Position numbers and translations under genes: made by a program. 9,874 nucleotides of DNA, taken from IMG/VR virus record IMGVR_UViG_2711768008_000004. One strand, given 5' to 3'. Below are positions 1-6,690 of the stretch, in pieces. The DNA comes from a virus (Duplodnaviria; Heunggongvirae; Uroviricota; Caudoviricetes). Positions within the stretch are counted from its first letter, which is position 1; every line of letters begins with the position of its first letter. The notes beneath the pieces are model-generated. The model was not told the origin of the DNA, searched no databases, and was given only the letters and a program-made list of their open reading frames with translations.

Positions 1-186
1 GCTCGCCACGGGAATATCTACGGCAGCAAGCCAGTAATGGGTTAAGTGATAACAGGTGTCTGGAAATATAGGGGCAAATCCAGCGTTCATCAGCCCCCGC
101 ATTGCCGACAGGATCACAGACGGGGGGCGCAACTGGTTGTCGTTCAACTGGCCCAGCTACCGTTCTTGTATCAGAGGTGTGGCTGC

Positions 187-1578
187 ATGACAACACCAGT
201 CTGGCGTAATGATGACCTGGAAGGCGCTGTCATTGGCGCATTCTTTCTGCGTGGGGCAGATCATGAAGTGATGGATATTCTGATCACACTACCGGCGGAC
301 ATTTTTTCTGTACGAGCGTATCGGGATATCTACACAGGCATCTGCAGACAGGCCCGTGTTTCAGGAGTGATTGACCCCGTGCTGTTGTGTAATGAGATGC
401 CGGAACTTGCCCCGGTGATTACTGATACCGGGCGTAAAACCTGGGTGAAGTCTTCACTGGAGCACTATGTTGCAGCGTTGCGGCGCAATGCCGCACTGCG
501 CGATGCAGAAAAAACACTGAATGAGGCGCTGCAGAAATTACGTGATGCGCATACCTGTGAAGCAGCTGAAGATGCCCTGAAGGATGCGCAGAACATGATG
601 GTCACACTGTCGACAGGAAAGGGCGTCATTCAGCCGGTACATATTGATGATGTGCTTCCGGAAGTGGTTGAGCGTGTTGAATGCCGGAATCAGGGGCTGG
701 AGAAATCCAGGACGTTGATGACCGGTATTGATGAACTGGACGCAAAAACAGGCGGTATGGAGCCCGGAGACCTGGTATTCATTGCCGCCCGTCCTTCGAT
801 GGGGAAAACCGAACTTGCGCTGGACATCATCGACAAGGTGACTGAGCAGGGGCATGGTGTGCTTCTGTTCACCATGGAGATGGCGAACATCCAGATTGGT
901 GAACGTATGGTGTCTGCGGCTGGAGGGATGCCAGTATCACGCCTGAAATCTGTGGCTCACTTTGAAGATGAAGACTGGGCGCGTTTCTCACAAGGGGTGG
1001 GGCGGATGACCGGGCGCAATATCTGGATGGTGGACCAGGCGAACCTGACCATTGATGAGATATGCGCAACAACGAAACACCATCTGATTAAACATCCGGA
1101 AACGGCGCTGGTGGTGGTTGATTATCTCGGGCTGATAAAAACCCGAACCACGGGGCGTCATGACCTTGCCGTGGGTGAAATCTCAAAGGGGCTTAAAGGC
1201 CTGGCAAAATCCGGTGGTTTTCCGTTGATTGCGCTGAGCCAGCTCTCCCGCGGTGTGGAGTCCAGACCCAATAAACGTCCCATGAACTCAGACCTGAAAA
1301 ATTCCGGAGAAATAGAGGCGGATGCAGACATCATTCTGATGCTTTACAGGGATGAAGTGTACAACCCGGATACACAGGCTACAGGCATAGCAGAAATTAA
1401 TATCACGAAACAACGTAACGGTTCTCTGGGGACGATTTACCGGCGTTTTTATAACGGACATTTTCTGCCTGTGGACCAGGAAAGCGCACAGGTTCTTTCC
1501 ACCCCAATGCGGCAGCCCCAGCCGCGCAGATACAGCAATACACGTACCGACAGCAGTAAGATGGAGCGTTTCTTTTGA
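187..1578 (+). CDS. Replicative DNA helicase, DnaB family (phage replication helicase)
   Basis: Long ORF in the frame of 46..1578. DnaB-N-like region begins at ATG 187 (MTTPVWRNDDLEGAVIGAFF...) with GAGG at 174-177, 9 nt upstream. Walker A FIAARPSMGKTELALD; Walker B-like VVVDYLGLI; RecA-like C-terminal core. Stop TGA 1576-1578. In-frame codons 46-186 are W/C/R-rich and not protein-like, so 187 is preferred over GTG 46. Confidence 0.85.
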   Translation: MTTPVWRNDDLEGAVIGAFFLRGADHEVMDILITLPADIFSVRAYRDIYTGICRQARVSGVIDPVLLCNEMPELAPVITDTGRKTWVKSSLEHYVAALRRNAALRDAEKTLNEALQKLRDAHTCEAAEDALKDAQNMMVTLSTGKGVIQPVHIDDVLPEVVERVECRNQGLEKSRTLMTGIDELDAKTGGMEPGDLVFIAARPSMGKTELALDIIDKVTEQGHGVLLFTMEMANIQIGERMVSAAGGMPVSRLKSVAHFEDEDWARFSQGVGRMTGRNIWMVDQANLTIDEICATTKHHLIKHPETALVVVDYLGLIKTRTTGRHDLAVGEISKGLKGLAKSGGFPLIALSQLSRGVESRPNKRPMNSDLKNSGEIEADADIILMLYRDEVYNPDTQATGIAEINITKQRNGSLGTIYRRFYNGHFLPVDQESAQVLSTPMRQPQPRRYSNTRTDSSKMERFF

Positions 1579-1832
1579 ACAACCAGACAATGACTTTTAC
1601 CTCTGAACAATTGCGTAAACACGCGCAGGAAATGTTGCGACAGGCGGAACAACTGGAAAAAACAGGTGTAACAAAAGATGCCATTCGTCGGGATATGGTG
1701 CCAGCGCTCAGGGAACTGATGCAGGCGAAACATCGCGCACAAAAAGCGGTGGATGAGCTCGTTGATTGTGTGGCAGAGCTGGAAACCAAAGTTGGAAAGT
1801 TTGAAAAAATGGTGCAGGAGGTGCTGCGCTGA
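1575..1832 (+). CDS. Hypothetical small protein (85 aa, charged, predicted coiled-coil); function unknown
   Basis: ORF whose TTG start (1575-1577) overlaps the helicase stop, with GGAG at 1563-1566; alternative ATG at 1590. K/E/Q/A-rich sequence. Its stop TGA 1830-1832 overlaps the next ATG (TGATG). Position and coupling support a real gene; I recognise no family. Confidence 0.5.
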   Translation: MNNQTMTFTSEQLRKHAQEMLRQAEQLEKTGVTKDAIRRDMVPALRELMQAKHRAQKAVDELVDCVAELETKVGKFEKMVQEVLR

Positions 1833-2203
1833 TGCGCCATGAGTTTATTTTACCTTATCCGCCGACGGTGAATACTTACTGGCGACGTCGTGGCAGCACA
1901 TATTTTGTATCAAAAGTTGGTGAGCGTTATCGCCGTGATGTGACGCTAATTGTTCGCCAGCAGCGGCTGAAATTAAACCTGTCCGGAAGGCTGGCGATAA
2001 AGATTATTGCAGAGCCACCGGATAAGCGCCGTCGTGACCTGGACAATATCCTGAAAGCACCACTGGATGCGCTGACGCATGCCGGACTACTCATAGACGA
2101 CGAGCAGTTTGATGAAATCAATATTGTGCGCGGTCAGCTCGTTCCTGGTGGGCGACTGGGCGTGAAGATTTATGAAATCACAGGTGATAACGATGGCGCG
2201 TGA
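1832..2203 (+). CDS. rusA: Holliday junction resolvase RusA (crossover junction endodeoxyribonuclease)
   Basis: 123 aa. Matches my recollection of E. coli/lambdoid RusA: N-terminal ...[15 protein letters not shown]..., central [20 protein letters not shown], then LLIDDEQ and GGRLGV. ATG 1832 overlaps the upstream stop; GGAGG at 1817-1821. Confidence 0.85.
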   Translation: MRHEFILPYPPTVNTYWRRRGSTYFVSKVGERYRRDVTLIVRQQRLKLNLSGRLAIKIIAEPPDKRRRDLDNILKAPLDALTHAGLLIDDEQFDEINIVRGQLVPGGRLGVKIYEITGDNDGA

Positions 2204-2579
2204 TATTCAGCAGGTTATGGAACGGTGGGGGGCTTGGGCTGCAAACACTCATGAAGATGTATCCTGGGCGTCGATCGCTGCTGGTTTTAAAGGGTTAATT
2301 CCGTCGAAAGTGAAATCACGCCCTCAGTGTTCTGATGATGATGCAATGATAATTTGTGGCTGTATGGCCCGGTTGAACAAGAAAAATCAGGATTTGCACG
2401 ATTTGCTGGTGGATTATTACGTAGGTGGAATGACTTTTATGAGTCTGGCACGGAAACATGGGTGTTCGGATACCTGTATTGGCAAGCGCCTGCAGAAAGC
2501 GGAAGGGGTTATTGATGGCATGTTGATGATGCTTGATATCCGGCTGGAGATGGACAGATACGTAGAACGAATTATGTAG
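2193..2579 (+). CDS. Late-gene antitermination protein Q (QuuD-like family of E. coli lambdoid prophages)
   Basis: ORF 2172..2579. Preferred start is ATG 2193 ([23 protein letters not shown]...), overlapping the rusA stop (ATGGCGCGTGA). Strong similarity, from memory, to DLP12 QuuD-type Q proteins (…[47 protein letters not shown]…[20 protein letters not shown]…[10 protein letters not shown]…). A promoter-like and terminator-like element follow immediately downstream. Confidence 0.8.
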   Translation: MARDIQQVMERWGAWAANTHEDVSWASIAAGFKGLIPSKVKSRPQCSDDDAMIICGCMARLNKKNQDLHDLLVDYYVGGMTFMSLARKHGCSDTCIGKRLQKAEGVIDGMLMMLDIRLEMDRYVERIM

Positions 2580-2583
2580 GTGC

Positions 2584-2613
2584 TTGACCAGACACATTGT
2601 CCGGGGCTATATT
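2584..2613 (+). promoter_or_regulatory. Candidate late promoter PR' (sigma70-like), target of Q
   Basis: TTGACC at 2584-2589 and TATATT at 2608-2613 with an 18-nt spacer, 5 nt after the Q stop. A perfect 6-bp-stem hairpin (CGCCAG-caaaat-CTGGCG, 2621-2638) lies in the predicted initial transcribed region where lambdoid Q proteins engage paused polymerase. Confidence 0.45.
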
Positions 2614-2674
2614 CCTCACGCGCCAGCAAAATCTGGCGTCGGGATTGGAACCCCGGATAGAGACCGCGACAGAC

Positions 2675-2698
2675 ACACGCCGCGAGCGTGTTTTTTAT
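2675..2698 (+). terminator. Candidate tR'-like intrinsic terminator closing a short PR' leader transcript
   Basis: Stem ACACGC (2675-2680), loop CGCGA, stem GCGTGT (2686-2691), then T-run TTTTTTATT. It sits about 60-80 nt downstream of the predicted PR' start, analogous to lambda 6S RNA / tR'. Confidence 0.5.
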
Positions 2699-2824
2699 TG
2701 TCGTATGCACGCGCACATCTGAATTATGGTGGGGCGCATGGGGGAGCTGAAAAGCTCGCCGGTCGGTTTCCCGGTAGTTCCAACCCTGTGCGTCTCACCA
2801 CCCGATGATTGGAACCTGACGGTG

Positions 2825-2853
2825 TTGACAGTTTCAGGTTTGCAGTTTACATT
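2825..2853 (+). promoter_or_regulatory. Candidate sigma70 promoter upstream of the ORF6N-like gene
   Basis: TTGACA at 2825-2830 and TACATT at 2848-2853 with a 17-nt spacer. A weak hairpin plus T7 run follows at 2889-2917 (CCACA...TGTGG TTTTTTT). Confidence 0.3.
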
Positions 2854-3059
2854 TCCCCGCGGTGCTCAAAACACCTCGAAAGCGGTATCCACACCCGATA
2901 GCCATGTGGTTTTTTTGTGTCCAGAATTCTTGGTTTATGACCGGGTGTGCGGCTAATACAATACCAGCAATGGAAATACGCCCGCCGACTTTCGACGGTT
3001 TTGAGCGCCCGGTCACCCTCTCAAAAGGGGTAAATCAAAATATTCGAAAGGACATGTCT

Positions 3060-3623
3060 ATGAATCGCACGTCTATTGAAAAACTCCCGTCACTTACGCA
3101 TAACCATCTTCCTGTCATGACAACAGAGCTGCTGGCTGATTTGTACGGAACAGAGCGCCAGCGTTTGACAAACAATTTCAATCGAAACAAAGAACGGTTT
3201 ATAGAAGGTAAACATTTTTTCCTGATAGAAGGTGATGCGTTACGAGAGTTGAAGAACGAAAACTCTTTAAGAGTTTCTGTGAAAATTGCCCGTAACGTTC
3301 GCTCCCTCATCCTCTGGACAGAACGTGGCGCAGCCCGTCACGCCAAAATGCTCGAAACCGATCAGGCGTGGGAAGTGTTCGAAAAACTGGAAGACTGTTA
3401 TTTCAACCAGAAACAGCCACCAGCGGCACAAAACACATCTATCGAAAATGATGGATGCGCATTACTGAGCCACTTCGATAAACACGGTCAGGTTGAGTTC
3501 ACGGAAAAGGTACCCGCCGATGCGATGGTATGTACTCTGGAACGGTTTAAATTTTATCTGGAGCAACACGGGTGGATCGTTGCCCGTAAAGAGCAACTGG
3601 TGGAGCGGTTGATGCGGTTTTAA
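3060..3623 (+). CDS. Phage antirepressor-like / ORF6N-type DNA-binding domain protein (cargo gene)
   Basis: ORF 2862..3623. Its N-terminal 65 codons are W/C-rich and lack an RBS. ATG 3060 has AAGGA at 3048-3052 (7-nt spacing); ATG 3054 is the alternative. The domain (…LADLYGTERQRLTNNFNRNKERFIEGKHFFLIEGDALRELK…LWTERGAARHAKMLETDQAWEVFEKLEDCYF) resembles ORF6N/KilA-C-type antirepressor domains, from memory. I do not recognise the ~70-aa C-terminal domain. Confidence 0.55.
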   Translation: MNRTSIEKLPSLTHNHLPVMTTELLADLYGTERQRLTNNFNRNKERFIEGKHFFLIEGDALRELKNENSLRVSVKIARNVRSLILWTERGAARHAKMLETDQAWEVFEKLEDCYFNQKQPPAAQNTSIENDGCALLSHFDKHGQVEFTEKVPADAMVCTLERFKFYLEQHGWIVARKEQLVERLMRF

Positions 3624-3698
3624 AAATTTTTTCCGAAAACTTTACGATCGTAAAAAGTTGAATATCCTGTTAAGAGTGGTTACTACGCCACACAGCTT

Positions 3699-3724
3699 AA
3701 ACCCGCCGATGAGCGGGTTTTTTT
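3699..3724 (+). terminator. Intrinsic terminator after the ORF6N-like gene
   Basis: AAACCCGC (3699-3706), loop CGATGA, GCGGGTTT (3713-3720), continuing into TTTTTTTAT. Confidence 0.6.
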
Positions 3725-3774
3725 ATACCTGAAAAACGGCACAGGACGTTAAACGTGCTGGTGGTCAGATGAGT

Positions 3775-3803
3775 TTGCAGATGTGATGACATATGGTTAT
3801 TAT
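3775..3803 (+). promoter_or_regulatory. Candidate promoter for the tRNA array
   Basis: TTGCAG at 3775-3780 and TATTAT at 3798-3803 with a 17-nt spacer; the first tRNA begins at 3813. Confidence 0.3.
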
Positions 3804-3812
3804 TCTGCCTCC

Positions 3813-3889
3813 GGCCCTTTAGCTCAGTTGGTCAGAGCGAGCGACTCATAATCGCCAGGTCGCTGGTTCAAGTCCAGCAAGGGCCACCA
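3813..3889 (+). tRNA. tRNA with anticodon CAU, ileX/ileZ-like (probable tRNA-Ile2, lysidine-modified, reads AUA; tRNA-Met not excluded)
   Basis: Cloverleaf folded by hand: acceptor GGCCCTT/AAGGGCC, D-arm AGCTCAGTTGG, anticodon loop CTCATAA, T-loop GGTTCAAGTCC, discriminator A, encoded CCA. Near-identical to E. coli ileX as I recall it. Confidence 0.85.
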
Positions 3890-3890
3890 A

Positions 3891-3967
3891 CCACCACTAG
3901 CTCATCCGGATAGAGCATCAACCTTCTAAGTTGACGGTGCGAGGTTCGAGTCCTCGGTGGTGGGCCA
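3891..3967 (+). tRNA. tRNA-Arg (anticodon UCU, reads AGA/AGG)
   Basis: Acceptor CCACCAC/GTGGTGG, anticodon stem TCAAC/GTTGA, loop CTTCTAA (anticodon TCT), T-arm CGAGG-TTCGAGT-CCTCG, CCA encoded. Starts 1 nt after the previous tRNA. Confidence 0.85.
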
Positions 3968-3969
3968 GC

Positions 3970-4045
<76 letters not shown>

Positions 4046-4048
4046 TAT

Positions 4049-4123
<75 letters not shown>

Positions 4124-4258
4124 GCGAGATTTGAGACGAAGGTTGTTATTTGCACTGACACAATATTGTGTGGGAATGTCTGACTCCTTACCATCTCCTG
4201 TTCTGTGATGTTGTTTTGTTGCAGTTCCAGTGCTCTTTTTTCAGCACCAGAATGGTGC

Positions 4259-4621
4259 NNNNNNNNNNNNNNNNNNNNNNNNNNNNNNNNNNNNNNNNNN
4301 NNNNNNNNNNNNNNNNNNNNNNNNNNNNNNNNNNNNNNNNNNNNNNNNNNNNNNNNNNNNNNNNNNNNNNNNNNNNNNNNNNNNNNNNNNNNNNNNNNNN
4401 NNNNNNNNNNNNNNNNNNNNNNNNNNNNNNNNNNNNNNNNNNNNNNNNNNNNNNNNNNNNNNNNNNNNNNNNNNNNNNNNNNNNNNNNNNNNNNNNNNNN
4501 NNNNNNNNNNNNNNNNNNNNNNNNNNNNNNNNNNNNNNNNNNNNNNNNNNNNNNNNNNNNNNNNNNNNNNNNNNNNNNNNNNNNNNNNNNNNNNNNNNNN
4601 NNNNNNNNNNNNNNNNNNNNN
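4259..4621. other. Run of 363 N (assembly gap or masked sequence)
   Basis: Uninterrupted n characters from 4259 to 4621. All ORFs crossing it in the six-frame track are artefacts of N translation. Confidence 0.99.
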
Positions 4622-4723
4622 ATTGGTGTGCTGGGAAGTCTGCTTCTGGGGCTTCTGACTTATCTGACAAATCTGTATTTCAAAATAAGAGAAGACAAGC
4701 GTAAGGCTGCGAGAGGTGAATAA
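4622..4723 (+). CDS. Class II holin / pinholin, phage 21 S21-type; 3' fragment only (5' part lies inside the N-run)
   Basis: Visible C-terminal 33 codons [33 protein letters not shown] match the C-terminus of phage 21 S21 pinholin (…[34 protein letters not shown]) as I recall it. Stop TAA 4721-4723 overlaps the endolysin ATG (TAATG). A ~71-aa holin would start near 4508, inside the gap. Confidence 0.75.
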   Translation: MGVLGSLLLGLLTYLTNLYFKIREDKRKAARGE

Positions 4724-5220
4724 TGTCGCCATCATTACGCAAGGCTGTTGCAGCTGCTATTGGTGGTGGGGCTGTTGCTATAGCATCTGTGTTAATCACT
4801 GGCCCAGGTGGTAACGATGGTCTGGAAGGTGTCAGCTACATACCATACAAAGATATCATTGGTGTATGGACTGTATGTCACGGACACACCGGAAAAGACA
4901 TCATGCTCGGTAAAACGTATACCGAAGCAGAATGCAAAGCCCTCCTGAATAAAGACCTTGCCACTGTCGCCAGACAAATTAACCCGTACATCAAAGTCGA
5001 TATACCGGAAACAACGCGCGGCGCTCTTTACTCGTTCGTTTACAACGTGGGCGCTGGCAATTTCAGAACATCGACGCTTCTTCGCAAAATAAACCAGGGC
5101 TATATCAAAGGCGCATGTGACCAGCTATGTCGCTGGACATATGCTGGCGGTAAGCAATGGAAAGGGCTGATGACCCGTCGTGAGATTGAGCGTGAAGTCT
5201 GTTTGTGGGGGCAGCAATGA
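4723..5220 (+). CDS. SAR endolysin (signal-anchor-release lysozyme, phage 21 R21-type, T4-lysozyme-like muramidase)
   Basis: 165 aa. N-terminal Gly/Ala-rich weakly hydrophobic SAR segment ([23 protein letters not shown]), then catalytic region [25 protein letters not shown] (Glu/Asp/Thr triad). Near-identical to R21 as recalled. The ATG overlaps the holin stop. Confidence 0.9.
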   Translation: MSPSLRKAVAAAIGGGAVAIASVLITGPGGNDGLEGVSYIPYKDIIGVWTVCHGHTGKDIMLGKTYTEAECKALLNKDLATVARQINPYIKVDIPETTRGALYSFVYNVGAGNFRTSTLLRKINQGYIKGACDQLCRWTYAGGKQWKGLMTRREIEREVCLWGQQ

Positions 5221-5681
5221 GCAGAGTCACCGCGATTATCTCCGCTCTGGTTATCTGCATCATCGTCTGCCTGTCATGGGCTGTTAATCATTACCGTGAT
5301 AACGCCATTACCTACAAAGAGCAGCGCGACAAAAACGCAAGAGAACTGAAGCTGGCGAACGCAACCATTACTGACATGCAGCAGAGACAGCGTGATGTTA
5401 ATGCACTCGATGCTAAATACACGAAGGAGTTAGCTGATGCGAAAGCTGAAAATGAAACTCTGCGCGCTGATGTTGCCGCTGGTCGTCGTCGGTTGCACAT
5501 CAAAGCAGTCTGTCAGTCAGTGCGTGAAGCCACCACCGCCTCCGGCGTGGATAATGCAACCAGCCCCCGACTGGCAGACACCGCTGAACGGGATTATTTC
5601 ACCCTCAGAGAGCGGCTGATGACGATGCAGATGCAACTGGAAGGGGCACAGGAGTATATCCGCACTCAGTGCATTAAGTAG
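5217..5681 (+). CDS. Rz: i-spanin Rz (inner-membrane spanin subunit)
   Basis: ATG 5217 overlaps the endolysin stop (ATGA). N-terminal TM segment ([20 protein letters not shown]), coiled-coil periplasmic domain. Highly similar to lambda Rz as recalled. Stop TAG 5679-5681. Confidence 0.9.
   Translation: MSRVTAIISALVICIIVCLSWAVNHYRDNAITYKEQRDKNARELKLANATITDMQQRQRDVNALDAKYTKELADAKAENETLRADVAAGRRRLHIKAVCQSVREATTASGVDNATSPRLADTAERDYFTLRERLMTMQMQLEGAQEYIRTQCIK
5437..5619 (+). CDS. Rz1: o-spanin Rz1 (outer-membrane lipoprotein), embedded in the +1 frame of Rz
   Basis: 60-aa ORF fully inside Rz in another frame. AGGAG at 5425-5429, 7 nt before ATG 5437. Lipobox LVVVGC, proline-rich PPPPPAW. Near-identical to lambda Rz1 as recalled. 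Confidence 0.85.
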   Translation: MRKLKMKLCALMLPLVVVGCTSKQSVSQCVKPPPPPAWIMQPAPDWQTPLNGIISPSESG

Positions 5682-5723
5682 CCTTTTTATCGTGGTAAAC
5701 ATTTCGCAGGGTATGAGGTATTT

Positions 5724-6074
5724 ATGCCATCACTAATCCCACGTGCCTGCCGTAAGCGTGGATGTGCAGGTACAACCACAGACAGTTCGGGTTACTGCGA
5801 TAAACATCGCGGTGAAGGCTGGGTGCAGCACCAGCGCGGACTGAGCCGCCACCAGCGTGGCTATGGCTCAAAATGGACGGTGATTCGTGCCCGTATTCTG
5901 AAGCGCGATAAAGGTCTGTGTCAGTTGTGTCTGCGTGTCGGTGTGGTGAGCGAGGCGAAAACCGTCGACCACATCATCCCGAAAGCGCATGGCGGAACAG
6001 ACGCAGACAGCAACCTGCAGAGTCTGTGCTGGCCCTGCCATAAAGCGAAAACAGCGCGCGAACGAATCCGGTGA
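5724..6074 (+). CDS. HNH endonuclease (terminase-associated)
   Basis: 116 aa. Cys-rich zinc-finger-like N-terminus (CRKRGCAG…YCDKH). HNH motif DHIIPKAHGGTDADSNLQSLCWPCHKAKT. GAGG at 5715-5718. Sits immediately upstream of the terminase small subunit, as in HK97-like phages. Confidence 0.85.
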   Translation: MPSLIPRACRKRGCAGTTTDSSGYCDKHRGEGWVQHQRGLSRHQRGYGSKWTVIRARILKRDKGLCQLCLRVGVVSEAKTVDHIIPKAHGGTDADSNLQSLCWPCHKAKTARERIR

Positions 6075-6096
6075 TAATTATTCTCACTTGTAGGGA

Positions 6097-6156
6097 GGGG
6101 CGGGGCAAATCCCTGTGACCTGACGTCTTCCGGACTGCCCGCCCCATCGTTTTTTT
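6097..6156. other. GC-rich dyad symmetry plus T-run between HNH and terminase genes; candidate cos site and/or intrinsic terminator
   Basis: GGGGCGGG (6097-6104) pairs with CCCGCCCC (6138-6145) around a ~33-nt interior that holds palindromes GACGTC (6122-6127) and TCCGGA (6129-6134). A T7 run follows at 6150-6156. In HK97-like genomes cos lies between the HNH gene and terS. Confidence 0.3.
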
Positions 6157-6195
6157 ATACCCGCGAAAAATGAAATTTAACCAGGAGTGCCGCAT

Positions 6196-6690
6196 ATGGC
6201 TGGAACGGCGGGGCGTTCCGGGCGTCGCCCCAAGCCAACGGCGCGCAAGGCGCTGGCCGGAAACCCCGGCAAGCGAGCCCTGAACAAAGATGAACCTGTT
6301 TTTACGCCCATCAAAGGTGTTGAGCCACCAGAGTGGTTCGCTGAAGAAGATCTCCCTCTCGCCACGATCATGTGGCAACTGACAACCAAAGAACTCTGCG
6401 GTCAGGGCCTGCTGTGCGTGACTGACCTGGCGGTACTTGAGCGGTGGTGCGTGGCCTATGAGTTCTGGCGACGTGCCGTGAAAAATATTGCCATACAGGG
6501 CAACACCATCACCGGTGCAATGGGCGGCAGGGTCAAAAATCCGGAGCTGACCGCCAAAAAAGAACAGGAGTCCGAGATGAGCAGCACGGGGGCAATGCTC
6601 GGACTCGACCCCAGCAGCCGCCAGCGTCTGATTGGCCTGGCGGGGCAGAAGAAAGCCACTAACCCGTTTCTGAAAATTATCGAATCATGA
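6196..6690 (+). CDS. Terminase small subunit (P27-family-like)
   Basis: ATG 6196 with AGGAG at 6183-6187 (8-nt spacing). Basic N-terminus ([22 protein letters not shown]). About 164 aa. Stop overlaps the terminase large subunit start (ATGA at 6687-6690). Family assignment is from memory and position. Confidence 0.75.
   Translation: MAGTAGRSGRRPKPTARKALAGNPGKRALNKDEPVFTPIKGVEPPEWFAEEDLPLATIMWQLTTKELCGQGLLCVTDLAVLERWCVAYEFWRRAVKNIAIQGNTITGAMGGRVKNPELTAKKEQESEMSSTGAMLGLDPSSRQRLIGLAGQKKATNPFLKIIES

Noticed and set aside
1-45. 3' end of an upstream gene running off the window edge (frame 1 ends TAA 43-45; other frames end at 35-37 or 69-71)
   Set aside because: Only about 15-23 codons are visible, so frame and product cannot be decided. 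A gene probably ends here, but it is not called.
46-186. N-terminal extension of the helicase ORF from GTG 46
   Set aside because: The translated segment (MITGVWKYRGKSSVHQPPHCRQDHRRG…) is C/W/R/H-rich and not protein-like. The DnaB-N-like sequence and a good RBS begin at ATG 187.
2584-2956. Plus-strand ORFs 2584..2808 and 2726..2956 in the post-Q leader region
   Set aside because: They overlap the promoter and terminator elements, have no RBS, and translate to Arg/Gly/Pro/Cys-rich low-complexity sequence typical of non-coding frames.
2862-3059. Upstream extension of the ORF6N-like gene from ATG 2862
   Set aside because: The extension (MLKTPRKRYPHPIAMWFFCVQNSWFMTGCAAN…) is not protein-like and has no RBS. 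ATG 3060 has a properly spaced AAGGA.
3642-3653. Perfect 12-bp palindrome TTACGATCGTAA just downstream of the ORF6N-like gene
   Set aside because: About two perfect 12-bp palindromes are expected by chance in 10 kb, and there is no second copy or flanking promoter. It might be an operator, but the support is insufficient.
4168-4735. Five ORFs of 142-178 aa on both strands spanning the N-run
   Set aside because: Artefacts of translating 363 unknown bases as X. Only the 3' portion 4622-4723 of the + strand frame is interpretable (holin C-terminus).
5437-5451. Second in-frame ATG at 5452 as the Rz1 start
   Set aside because: ATG 5437 has an AGGAG 7 nt upstream and gives the lambda-like N-terminus with a full signal peptide. 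5452 remains possible but is less well supported.
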